This document shows positions 1 to 12,253 of a DNA stretch of 64,000 nt, piece by piece. The DNA comes from the human T2T-CHM13v2.0 reference genome, Homo sapiens. The translations under genes were made by a program, and so were the position numbers. Position 1 is the stretch's first letter. The number at the start of each line of letters is the position of its first letter. The DNA is taken from NCBI RefSeq assembly GCF_009914755.1, contig NC_060926.1, one strand, 5' to 3'. Under the pieces are notes generated by a model. It did no database searches and was not told the DNA's origin. It saw only the letters and a list, made by a program, of their open reading frames with translations.

Positions 1-149
1 GCCTTGCAGCTGATCAACAAGTATTTATTGAGCAAGCTCCTCAGCCGTGCCGAGTGCCATGACAGCAGATGTGGTTTTTGTTCTCACACTCGGTGTCTGG
101 CTGCCGAGGTAAATGTGTGCAATGAAAAGAAATCACTCAACAAATACAA

Positions 150-335
150 CTCGTTATCAGTTACTCAATGCCAGGCCCTGTGCGGAGCATTTATGCTCAT
201 TTCCTAGTGAAATTATCACAAGTCACATGATGTAGATGTGAATATCACCATTTGACAGATGAGAAAACTGAGGCTTGGAACAAGTAAATACTTGTACAAT
301 GTTTTAAAAGCTAACAAGTGACAGAGCCAGGGTGA
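150..335 (-). mobile_element. MIR SINE fragment
   Basis: MIR core 'ccatttgacagatgagaaaactgaggct...aagtgacagagccaggg'. Confidence 0.65.
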
Positions 336-879
336 ATGATAATAACGTACGTTGAGAGGGATTTCAAATAAAGTAGAACTCATCCAGGTTAGAGTAACTA
401 GGGAAAGCTTTCATGAGGCTTAGGAACTGCGATGGGCGTTACAGACTGAACAGAACCTACATCAGTGAAACACAGGAGTGAGCCATTCCTGGCAAAAACA
501 AAAGCCTCACCAAGGCAGAGAGATAGGTAACGTAAATAAACCTGATTGAAGGGGAACCACGTGCCGGTAGTCAGCGACAAAACAGACCAGGCCAGGAGGC
601 CGGGACAGCACAGCACTGAGTCGGACAGGAGAGCCCGCAGTCGGGGCGCCTCCTCCAGCTGGAGGGTAGATAAAAAAAGCAGAGCTGGCAGAGGTGAAGC
701 TGTGACATGAGGAGGCTGAAAACCAGGGAAGCCGGAGGCAGAAGAGGCCCATGGTCGGCAGCGTCTGGGATGGCCCTCGGACTTGGTGGCCTATGGAGTC
801 CCTGCCCCAGAGCGGCTGGCCTCTGACCAGCACCGCAGGGCGGGGTCCCTCAGCGGATTAGATGAGAAGAGATCTGGGC

Positions 880-1195
880 TTCATCTTGCTGGCTGGGATG
901 AGGCAAGCTCCACACTGTGGGGCCACACGGCCAGGAGCTGAGGGCGGCCTCTGGCCAACAGCTGGAGGAATCCAGGCCCTCAGTCCAGCAGCCCAGAAGG
1001 AGCCACATCCGACCAGCAGCAAGCCCAGCCCCATTGACCCTGAGACCACAGCCTCATGCGAGGGAGGCTTCAAGCAGAGGACCTAGCTGAGGTGTGCTTG
1101 GATTCCAGGTTATCCACACAAAAGCTGAGGTCACACACGTGGGCCGTGCTGAGCACTTTGAGGTCATCTGTTCCAGCAACAGACAGACTAACACG
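880..1195 (+). mobile_element. Degraded MLT1-type (MaLR) LTR 3' part
   Basis: 'aagcagaggacctagctgagg...ggattcc...cagcaacagacagactaacac' resembles an MLT1 LTR end. Confidence 0.45.
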
Positions 1196-1937
1196 AGGCA
1201 CTGACCAGAGGTGAAAGGGAGATGCCCCCAGATAAGGGGAGACCCTGATGGATCTCAGCAGCTCAGAGGCGGGCTGTGGCCCCCCTTACTCCACAGCTGG
1301 GAAAACTAGAACCCAGGGAGAGTGGGTGAGCTGCCTGTGGCCACAGCCAGCTGGAGGCAGAAACAGGATCTGTCACCTGACTCCACTCCATTGGTCATGC
1401 TAACGCCTGTACTCCCAGGCCCTGAAAACTTCACACTCACAGGTGCAGAGAAGCCTGGAAGGTAAATTTTAATAAAAGCCTGAAAGATATTTCACCATCA
1501 ATTTCTGAGGGTCTACTCAGGGCAGACGGTGCAGTGTAAGTTGTAAGGTTAATCAATCACAATTTTTGGTTTCCTGGGGACATGGAGACAGCACTCAGCA
1601 AGAACTCCACAGGGTGTGATGCATGCAGTAATCTGTTTTTCGACATTAAAGAAGAATATTCAGTGCTTCCTGGTCCAAAAGGAATGATTAAAGGCGCCCA
1701 CAAAACTTTCAAGGGAGATGTTACTAATGCCAGAATGTGAACAAAAGAATACACCTCCTAACGAGCAAAATGACGTGCCTGGCATCGTCTTTAGCAGTTC
1801 ATGTGGAGCATATCTAAGAAGAGTCTCAGCGGAAGATTTTGAGAGACAAAAAGCTGTATTTCCTGCCATCAAGAGCCACAGAGCTGACAAGGGTGGCTTG
1901 ATTTGGAGGACAGGAAAACTACAGAGAACACAGCACT

Positions 1938-2094
1938 GCGCTCACAGCAGACCCTACTACATGCAGGCGCACTCCCAGCAGACCCTACTACGTGTAGGCC
2001 GTGCTCACAGCAGACCCTACTACATGTAGGACTGTGCTCCCAGCAGACCCTACTACTTGCAGGCCGCACTCACAGCAGACCCTACTACATGCAC
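1938..2094. repeat. Minisatellite, ~32-bp unit x5 (CAGCAGACCCTACTAC core)
   Basis: Five copies of cagcagaccctactac are directly visible. Confidence 0.9.
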
Positions 2095-2809
2095 GCTGAC
2101 CAATACCAAGGAAAATGGAGGACCAGCAGAGGGAAGCACGCACCACCCTCTCACCTTGGACAGAGAACAGCAGGGTGAAGAAACAGCAAGGCTGTGGTGT
2201 CTAGGGCGCAGGACGTATGAAGCACCTGGTGCAGGCGTGTCCCAGGTTGTGCACCCTGGGCTGCACAGCAAGCGGGAGGGGCTGGCTTACAAAACGGCCA
2301 TGACCATCCCACCCTGAGCCCGTTCCCATCCCATCCTCAGGGACTGACACTGCTCTGAGCTGAGCAGGAGGAAACTGTTCTCGCCAATGACTAGTTTAGA
2401 CATGACTTGCCATTATGTCTGACAACTGGACAGAGGCACCTCTAACAAAGGCCTTCCTTACAAACAGAGATGCAGAGAAATCTGCTTTCTCTGCACTGGA
2501 ACTGTGGGAGTCTGCATGTGATGGCTGGAACTGCTGCAGCTGCCTTGCAGTCATGAAGGCAGAAAGCAGTCACATGTGGATATGGCAGAGTGGAAAGATG
2601 CAAAGCAGCTGAGGCCTTCATGCTGTGGAGACACTGAATCACTTTATTTCCAAGCTTCTTGTTATAGCAGATAATAAAGATTCCTCATTGTTTAAGTCAT
2701 TCCCTGTGTCCTGCAGCCAAATACAACCTAACTGTGGCACCTCTAGTGCCCATTTGAGAATGCCGATGACACCTATGGAAACTTCCCTTCCCTATCTCTG
2801 GTTGGGAAT

Positions 2810-3040
2810 TCCAGTCCCAGCTTTGAACGTGAATGCCCCGAGCTTGAACCCCAGCTCTGCTTCCGAGTAAGCCATCATTGGCAGGTTACTTAGTCTCTTT
2901 GAGGCTTGGCTCCAGCTCCTATAACTCACGCACGTGACGATATTAAAGGACCCACGCTGCAGGGTTATAAGGATTAAAGGAGATAATACAGGTCAAATGT
3001 CCAGACAGTGCCTAGCACGTGGCAGGCATCTTAAACATGT
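2810..3040 (+). mobile_element. MIR SINE fragment
   Basis: 'ggcaggttacttagtctctttgaggct...aggattaaaggagataatac...cagtgcctagcacgtggcagg'. Confidence 0.6.
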
Positions 3041-5811
3041 TTTTCTTCATCTTTACTATGACTCAAAAAACAGCACCTTGGAACCCTCAGAAGAGCTCTG
3101 AGTGGTCTTTATGTGGGGCGAACACTGATGCTGCCTTCTGGAGCACTATGGTCTGATGGAGGCGATGGAAATGAAATCTGCTGGAGTCCCTGAGGCCCAG
3201 TGCCACCTTCAGGATGCAGAAGAAAAAGAAAAGGAAGAGGATCTTGGGAGGGCTGGGCTCTCCTGGTGGCACACTTGGGCTCTCCTGGCGGGACACCCAG
3301 GCTCTTGTGGTGGGATACCTGGCTGCCAGGGCTCCTGTTTCCAGATGGCAGGAGCTGGTAGCACCAGGGGACAGAGAAAGGGTGGAGGTTGTCCTGCCAG
3401 GGTCACACGGCAGGTAGGCCCTTAGCCCTGAGGGAGGCTCTGCACACCCAGCTTGAATGGGACACAGAGCCCCCAGTGGGCTGCAGGCTCCCACACACCA
3501 CCAAGGGTACCATCCCCTGGGGAGACGAAGTCTGAGCTGCACAGAGCTGACCCGCATGAGAGTCTGCATTGTGGCCTCCTGGAAGAGTAGAGCCTTCCTG
3601 TATCAGAAAATGTACACAGGGCATCAGCTGTCCCCATTAGGTGACAGGATGTGCCGTTTTAAACTTATTTTTAGTTTATTTCTAAAAGGATTCTATTTGT
3701 AGGAAGAATAGAACTAAAAGGGTCTTTTCACTCCTCCTTTGCTACACAAAAATCTAAGCTCTGTTTCTGGAGAAAAACTGTGTCTTAAACCCCAAAATGC
3801 AGATGTGACCTCAGTTTTACACACTCAAAATTGGAAAGACCATGAGTACAGATCAGAATTATTTTTTTTTTACCAAGATAGACTATAAGAAATATTTCTG
3901 CAACCCCAATTAGACATTAGTGATCTGTTGGAGAGGTGGGTCTAATTAGAGGCAATCCTTGGGAGAGGGAAAAAGATCTTTTAAAAAGAATAATGAGGGC
4001 AGAAAACACTGGGAGCAGCGCGTCATGAAAGCACGCCGGATCCCTCATGTCTGAACTGTAATGATCACTCGCTGGCTTTGGGGAAAGTCATTTAATTATG
4101 AAGGAGACACAGACTGCTTTCTGGGACCTCAAGTTCTGTCTTGCCTCTGCACGAGGGTCTTCTTGGTGACCCTCCTATTGGGTAACCTTCACCCACGGCC
4201 CAGTGTTGGAGATCATGTATTACAGCTGCTCCATCCGCATCCATGTACCCACGCACCCATCCACGCGTCCACCCACCCACCGTCCATCTACCTGACAGGC
4301 ACACACTAAGAGCTTGCTGTGAGGAACGCTGCTCTCCTGTAACCTGTAATTCCACTGTTAAATGGACACTTGGTCAGGCCAAGGAACATGTCTCAGGTCA
4401 CACTGTTAAGGAGTGGCAGGAAGGGGACCTCGTTTTGCAGGCTGCACTGCTGCCCCAGCTGCAGGAGGACTCACTGCCTCCGGGCCTCCCCCGGCTCAGG
4501 TCGTCCTGTACTCTGTGCACCTTCCCACTCACCCGTGCCTGTCCCAGCTATTCCAGCAAAACTTGAAGTCTTACATTGAATGCATCATCTAGATACTGCA
4601 GGCCCTATAACCGCATGGCACATTACAAAAGCCAGAGGCTCTGTGTTGGCCACCAAAGCTCCAGCAGCATGTCACAGTTCAGGTGGCCCTTGGACATGGC
4701 AGGCACTCAGAACAGGGTGCTGATGGGGAGCCTGTGCCGAAGCTCCCCAGGGTGAGCAGCTCCTCTTTCTTAAAGACGCCTGGTTCTAAAAATATATAAT
4801 TTGTTTTGTATTACCAGAAAGAAGTCTTTTAAGAGCTTGGGAAAAAGACGCTCAGTTGCTAGATACCAGCACCTAGCCACTTTTGTTTTTTAATGACTTT
4901 TATTCAAAATCTGAGTGGAAGACTAATAAGAAAATGCTAGTGAGCTCCAATATTTACAAAATCAAACTATACATGTAGTTTTATGATATTAAAACTATGC
5001 AACTTGGTAAATTATACTATGATATTAAAATATGCAACTTAGTAAATCACTGACTACATATTTTCTTAAAGATAATGGCTTTTTCAAAACAAATATCGAA
5101 AACATAAATTTCACTGGCCATTGTCTGAAACCCCTGGCTATAAAGCTGACATTTATTTTAATGATGCAGTCTCTGCTCAAAATATTTCAGAATGTCTTTT
5201 TATGAGTCTTACAAGGAAATCAGTTTTCATGTGGTTTTAACCCGTTTTCCACTAATCAGCTTTTGCAAAGCTTGCTGACCTATTTTATTTACCAGATTTT
5301 GTTCCAATTAACTTTTTCCAAAAATCAAATTCATGCTCATAGGACAAAATGTTATTGATCATTCAAGATACTCAAATAAGAGCAAGTTATCTGAGAACCT
5401 CACAGACCTGAAGGAGGACAGGAGAGGTCTGGGCAGGCAGGAGCCGCCGTGAGCACCTCTGTGCCCGGGTGGGACTCATTTATAGGGCATCAGACCTGAC
5501 CCACAGCCCCAGATCTGGCACTCAGACCACGTCACCTTCAGACACTTCCTCTGCTTCCGTCGTTAGCTTTCCTCTTCTCATCTGTCAGTTGGGAGGGGGC
5601 CCAATTATATGATGAGGAGGTCTGTGTCTGATTAAAAGGACTACTTAAAAATAGTGAGAAATGACCATTTGTTGGGAAAAGTCCTTATTACCCTCTCCAA
5701 AGTGAGCTCACTGAGTGTCTGTTGAATGAATTTGGCCATGGCATTCTGGTATGCTTGGCATATGGCTGACTTCTTGCAGTCATAACTCAACCCCAATTCC
5801 CCCAGGAAACA

Positions 5812-5942
5812 CTCGGCGGGTTCTTCTTCCATGCGTGAGGCTCGTGGCGGGTCCTTCTGTGAGTGAGGCCCGTGGCGAGTCCTTCTTCCTTGAGTGAGGC
5901 TCGTGGCAGGTCCTCCTTCTGTGAGTGAGGCCCGTGGCAGGT
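5812..5942. repeat. Degenerate ~30-bp tandem repeat x4 (GTGAGGC(T/C)CGTGGC...TCCT)
   Basis: gtgaggctcgtggc / gtgaggcccgtggc recurs four times. Confidence 0.8.
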
Positions 5943-6782
5943 GCAGGTGTCTGGGGCCATCCCTGTTCCCCGACTCCAGTGTTCCTCTTCCCCACAAGGC
6001 CTCCAGCCTGGGAATGATGGCACACACAGGGTCCGTGCACGCTCATTCAGAATGTTCAGATTCTTCCCTCTAATAGGACAAGGGAAGAGCTCTCATATTA
6101 TCAAGGTCGCCAGAAGCGGGAACAATAGTGGAGGTGGCTGACCAGCACCATCTTTTCTGGGACGCCTGCTGGTGGGAAGGCAGGGTGTACACCCGTTCCA
6201 TGTTTCTCTCACTAAGCACAACGAAAGCCTGGACACTGCACATACAACAGAGGGTGATTTGAAAGTTGGAGAGAGAGGGCAGGCCCACGCGGCACATAAG
6301 GAGACACGCAGTGGGGCTCCCTGGGGTCTCCTTCTGCCTCATTCACCCCAGACCTGGAGCTGAAGAAGCTGGAAGCCAGGAAACACCACCAAATAAGGCC
6401 CCAGAAGAGCCCACTGAAAGCCACATTTTCAAAAAGGGGCAGCCAAGTAGGACACAAAACCTCTAGACAGAAACCACGTACTCCAGACAAGCAGCCCAGA
6501 AAAAACCATGTCCTCGCTGCCCCCTACAACAGGGAAGCTCGGACTCCGTGTCCCCCGCATGGCGAGGGTGCGTGGAAGGAGGCCCAGGCACCTTGTGCAT
6601 CTTAACCAAAGTGGACCCTGACGTCACTGTCAAACGCACAGCGATCAGCCCCCTGAGGAGAAAGCAGGAGACGATCTTCAGCATCCAAGTCATCTCAGCT
6701 CTCAGCCCTGGGACAAGGGACAATGCATAAAAGGAAAGACCAACAAACTGAACTTCATCGACATGGAGAACCTTCCAGACAA

Positions 6783-7305
6783 TGGAACATTACTCAGTGA
6801 TAAAAAGAAATGTGCTTTCAAGCCATGAAAAGACCTGGAGAAACCTTGACTGCTTATTACTAAGGGACAGAAACCAATCTAAAAACCATCCATACTGTAT
6901 GGATCCAACTCTGTGACATCCTGGAAAAAGCAAAACAATGGCAATGGTGAAAAGATCGGGCTTGCCAGGGGCTTGGAGAGAGAGCATGAGGAAAGAATCA
7001 TCGTTGGGGCACAGAGGATTTTTAGGGCCGTGAAACAATTCTGTGTGACACCACGGTAGAGGACAGGTGTCAGGACACATTTGTCCAAACCCACAGAACA
7101 TCCAGCACCAAGAGGGAGCCCTAATGTCAACGAGGGGCTCTGGGTGACGGTGATGTGCCCGTGTGGGTTAATCAGTGATAACAAAGGTCCCACGCCAGCA
7201 GGGGATATGCTGAGAGTGAGGGAGGCTGTGGGAAATCTCTGTATCATCCACTCAATTTTGCCGTGAACTTAAAACTGTTCTAAAAGAAAAGAAAAAAAAA
7301 AAGAG
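6783..7305 (+). mobile_element. L1MC-type LINE 3' end with A-rich tail
   Basis: 'aagccatgaaaagacctggagaaacctt...ttgtccaaacccacagaac...gaacttaaaactgttctaaaagaaaag' followed by an A tract. Confidence 0.75.
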
Positions 7306-7627
7306 ATAAACTTTTGCTCTGAAAAAGACCCTACTAAAAAGAGGAAAAGAAAAGTGACAGAATAGGAAAGAGCATTGCCAGCCACCTCCACGTTTCAGGA
7401 GCAGAGACTTAAAACACGAAGGGAACAACTCCTCATTCAGGGTGAACGCATCTCCCACCCACATCTGTTTTTCCAGAACTCAGTCCCACGGCCACACCAG
7501 GCTGCAGAGAGGCTGGGGAGTGAGGCCTGTCCTAGTCTGTGTTGCCACAGAGGACAAGGGACAGACATTGGGACAAGGAGCTGTCCCTGAACACCCCCAC
7601 GACAATCACAGCCACATGCAGGGATGA

Positions 7628-8270
<643 letters not shown>

Positions 8271-9522
8271 ATCAGAAATAAAAGGGCAAATGAATCCACC
8301 CATGGGCACGCCGCAGTGAACAGGAGGGTCGCTGCTGGAACCAGCAGTCAGGTTCCACGCATGAAGTTCTCCACTTTAACACTAACGAAACAAGCCTCTT
8401 TCTTTCCTCTGTACCACGTCTCTTCCAGTTTGGAGAACAAGAAAGATGAAAACAGAACAGGCTTTCCAAGGTGCGCCGGCAAGGAGCCATAGAACCCACC
8501 GACCGCCCACAAAGTTCCCAGCCCCTCCCCACGAGCTCTGAGATTAAGCTCGGCTTCTGCCCACTGCTCTCTTGGTCCCCAAAACACAAACGCTATTTGC
8601 ATTACAGGCACGCTGGACATGGCGTTGGCTGCAAGGACCATGCTGCTGTCGCTAGGAGTGCCCCCCAGCTTATGTTTGTTTATCTGATCCTCCTGTGGTA
8701 CATTTTAAACCTCTGATTAGAAACTTTCCAATGGAAACACTGTGTTCCTGAAGCATACTCCCTTCCTTCAAAGAGGTACTGTGTGTGTCACGCCAAGCAG
8801 ATGGCTCTCTCTAGATGGCCACCTTCAAGGAGCTCCTGCTCTCCTGTGTGAACAGAAGGCAGAGGTGGAGCGAATCCTCACGCAAGCTTCCTTCTCGCTC
8901 CGCCACTGTCGGCTCCTTGACAGAAGCTATTTATTTTGTGGCGAGTGAAAGCTGGGAAAGGCGAAGATGAATGAGCACACACAGACACAGGACGGCCATC
9001 CCTCTACCCTCATCGGGGTCTGTGGCCCCCACGGAACCTTCCACTCCAGGCCTCCCCTGAGTTCTGCTAATGATTATAAATGGCACGGAATTTCCAATTT
9101 AATTGCAAAAGGTAATGATGCAGTGAGCATGAGATTAGATTCACCACAGAAGGCAATATCCTCAAACAATAAGAAGACATTGAGAAGGTGGGTGTGAAGA
9201 TGGCTCGAATCGATAGGAGGTTTCTGTATTAAATACCACAGTGGAGGACCATAAAGTAATATTGACAGAACTGCTGACAGTGGATAAAAAAGGGGGAGAG
9301 AAAACTAAATTGATCTCTGCAGAAAATAAGTTACAGATTAATCACCCTACCATGAAATCCATTTGAGATGACCGAGGCTCTGAAGATGTGTTCACAGTTT
9401 GATTACAGAATAGGTCTCCACCTGCCGCATCCTAACGTGTGGGGTCTCCTTTCTCCCCGGCATCCTCCCTGAGACAGCGAGCACAGTAGGTGTGCAGAAG
9501 GCTCCACCCAGCTCTTCCCACA

Positions 9523-9619
9523 CCAGGAGCTGGGCCCTCTGCCCAAGTGTCTATACCAGGAATGGAGCCCTCTGCCCAAGTGTCTATACCGGGAGCTGGG
9601 CCCTCTGCCCAAGTGTCTC
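9523..9619. repeat. 33-bp tandem repeat x3
   Basis: gccctctgcccaagtgtct occurs three times. Confidence 0.85.
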
Positions 9620-10959
9620 ACCCAAAGCCTACCGTGAGCCTGGCATTTTAATAGGAAAGTATTTTCCTCCTTCTTCCTGGAGGTTTATAGTTATGTAGGA
9701 ATGCCCCGCAAAAACACAGGGAGGGAAGGGACAAGGAAGGCATCGCCTTCCACCATGACCAGGACTCTGCCAAATCTCCCGGAAGGTGGGAGATTATGGA
9801 CATATATCCCCAGCCTGCAGGTGTGGTCCACGGGGGTCAATCTCAGGCATGAAATGTCATTCGTTTCCTGTTTTATCTTAAAAGTTTGTGTGAAACTTGC
9901 ATTCTACTCCAAGATATGAAGATATGCCTTATATTTAAAGTTTGTCATGAAAATAATAATTCTCTTCCTTAAACACCATTGATGCTCTGGGTGAACGCCC
10001 AACACTTAATTCCGCGGTGAAGGCTGTGAGACTCCCTTTTGTCCATTCAGAGGTTTAAAGCTTTAACAGGAAACTTAATATTTTTAAGTCTTACTTCTGT
10101 GCCACTTATTAATAATGACGCATCATTATTCATACCACCTCGTCAGCCTAGAGGGCTGAGGAAAGGACTTATTAATATTCTAAGGCACCATGAGGGAGAA
10201 GAGCTAAAAACACATGGTAGGAACAAATAAATATAAGATGAGGCCATCACTGGAGAAATCTATCCAATGGATGCTTGCGCAATCGCTTTGACTGTGTGCC
10301 GGCAACGCAGCCCCCAAGGTATAAATGACATTGTAAGTGCTATCAGTTCAAAGTTCTTCCATTTTCTCTTTTCTAAAGTGGTTACTTTAACATAAACAAA
10401 CGCAATGAAATTATGAATGCATGTAAAAACCACATTTTAAAGGAGAAAATTTTAAGAAATCAAATATGAAAAATATATATTAATATTTACTCTGTGAGAG
10501 ACAAAGTATTCAAACGATGCATATTTAAAAGCAAAACTCAACCCAAAGAAAGCGCTAAAAGTTATTTTCATAACTCATGCAAATACATTACAAGAGCTAG
10601 GCACCACTATGAAATTAAAATTTTATAATTGCTCCTACTTAAAACTATGATTTTACCCAAATATACTTTAAGAATCCATTCGTCAAAAGGACAGCACGCT
10701 TGAAACGGTAGAAAATACTCCTGGGCATCCCACTCCCTCCTTTGCTCAAAGTGCAGCAAAACGCAGATGTTTTGCAAGCCACTGGGTTCCATGTCATATC
10801 TCACAAGCCCTGAGTGACATCTGAACGGCTTTCACCTGAAAGACCCCATCAGTCAGTTCTTTGATTGATGATTCAGTCTGTTCATTAACTAAGGTCAAAA
10901 TTCTAAACTGTTGTGAATCAAGAATTACATTCTGAATTTAGCCCAAAGGTCCCATTTAT

Positions 10960-11222
10960 TAATTTTTTTATTTTTTTCATTACACTTTAAGTTCTAGGGT
11001 ACATGTGCACAATGTGCAGATTTGTTACATATGTATACATGTGCCGTGTTGGTGTGCTGCACCCATTAACTAGTCATTTACATTAGGTATGTCTCCTAAT
11101 GCTATCCCTCCCGCTCCCCCCACCCCACGACAGGCCCCGGTGTGTGATGTTCCCCACCCTGTGTCCAAGTGATCTCATTGTTCAATTCCCACCTATGAGT
11201 GAGAACATGCGGGGTTTGGTTT
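10960..11222 (-). mobile_element. L1PA 3' end (~260 bp, 5'-truncated), same orientation as EIPR1, ~40 nt downstream of the exon donor
   Basis: 'actttaagttctagggtacatgtgcacaatgtgcag...cccacctatgagtgagaacatgcgg' is the antisense of the L1PA 3' terminus. Confidence 0.92.
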
Positions 11223-11263
11223 AAAAATACAGAAACAAACGCTGTGTTGTTCCTTTTACTTAC

Positions 11264-11363
11264 CACAGCCTGGCTCGAGCTTTCCTGTAAATCCCACAGC
11301 AGGATATGGTTATCAGCCAAGGAAATGATTTTCTTCCCATCTCCCATTGGCTCCCACACGACA
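11264..11363 (-). CDS. EIPR1: EIPR1 internal coding exon, 100 nt (probably exon 5): (C)[35 protein letters not shown]40 segment
   Basis: Lies within ORF 11102..11449(-). Acceptor ttctctttctcttag|TGTCGTG; donor GCTGTG|gtaagt. The first T completes the TG+T Cys codon from the upstream exon. LLWD is a WD-repeat end. Confidence 0.95.
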
Positions 11364-11538
11364 CTAAGAGAAAGAGAAGTACCAAATGTTAACATAAACA
11401 TTTGAGATACCCAGGCTGGTAGGTAAGAGCTGTGATACATGTTCTTCATGACGCAGGAAATCTTTTCCGGCCTGTAGTCACTAGAGTATTTTTTACACTG
11501 TCACCCGGCAATGCCTGACAACACTGTTGTTGTCTCAC

Positions 11539-12253
11539 TGTTATGGACTGAATTGTGCCCCCCTCCCCAGATTCATGTGTGGAAGTCCTAGCCCCCCACC
11601 TGGTGTGATGCTGCAGAGGTTCGTCAATGTACACAGGGGCTATGTCCTCACATCCGTCGTAAGTTTAAAATACCGTGAGCTGAAAATGCAGCGGATGCAC
11701 CTAACCCACTCATCGTCAGAGCCAGCCTAACCTACCTTAAACAGGCTCACAACACTCACATCAGCCTACAGCTGGGAAAATCATCTAACACAAGACGTAC
11801 TTTATAAGAAAGTGCTGAATATCTCATGTAACGTATTGGATATCACACTGAAAGTGAAAGGTAGAATGGTTGTATGGGACTCGAAATGCAATTTCTACGA
11901 ATGCATAGTGCTTCTATGCCATTGTAAAGTTGAGAGGCCATAAGTCAGGGACTGTCTGTACTTGAAATGGAGCCTTTGGGAGGTGATTAGGGTTAGAGGA
12001 GGTCATGAGGGTGGGGACCTCACAATGGGATTCATGCCTTTATAAGAAGAGACCTGGAGGGCAGGCTTCCTCTGTCTCTCTCCATCACGTGAGGACACAG
12101 TGAGAAGGCAGCTGTCTACACATCAGTAAGAGAGCCCTCACCAGGAAATGAATCAGCCAACACCTTGATCCTGGACTTCCCGCCCCAGGAACACATTTTC
12201 ATGTTGACGCCGCCCAGCGTGTGGCGCTTTTTATGGCAGCCCAAGCTAAGACA
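11539..12253 (+). mobile_element. MLT1A-type MaLR solo LTR interrupted by MER47A
   Basis: Starts tgttatggactgaattgtg and ends gcagcccaagctaagaca. Perfect 5-bp TSD CTCAC at 11534-11538 and 12254-12258. Confidence 0.85.
11614..11958 (+). mobile_element. MER47A-like Tigger-family MITE
   Basis: cag...ctg termini followed by TA. Internal 'cctaccttaaac...agcctacagctgggaaaatcatctaacaca' matches MER47A as I recall it. Confidence 0.8.
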
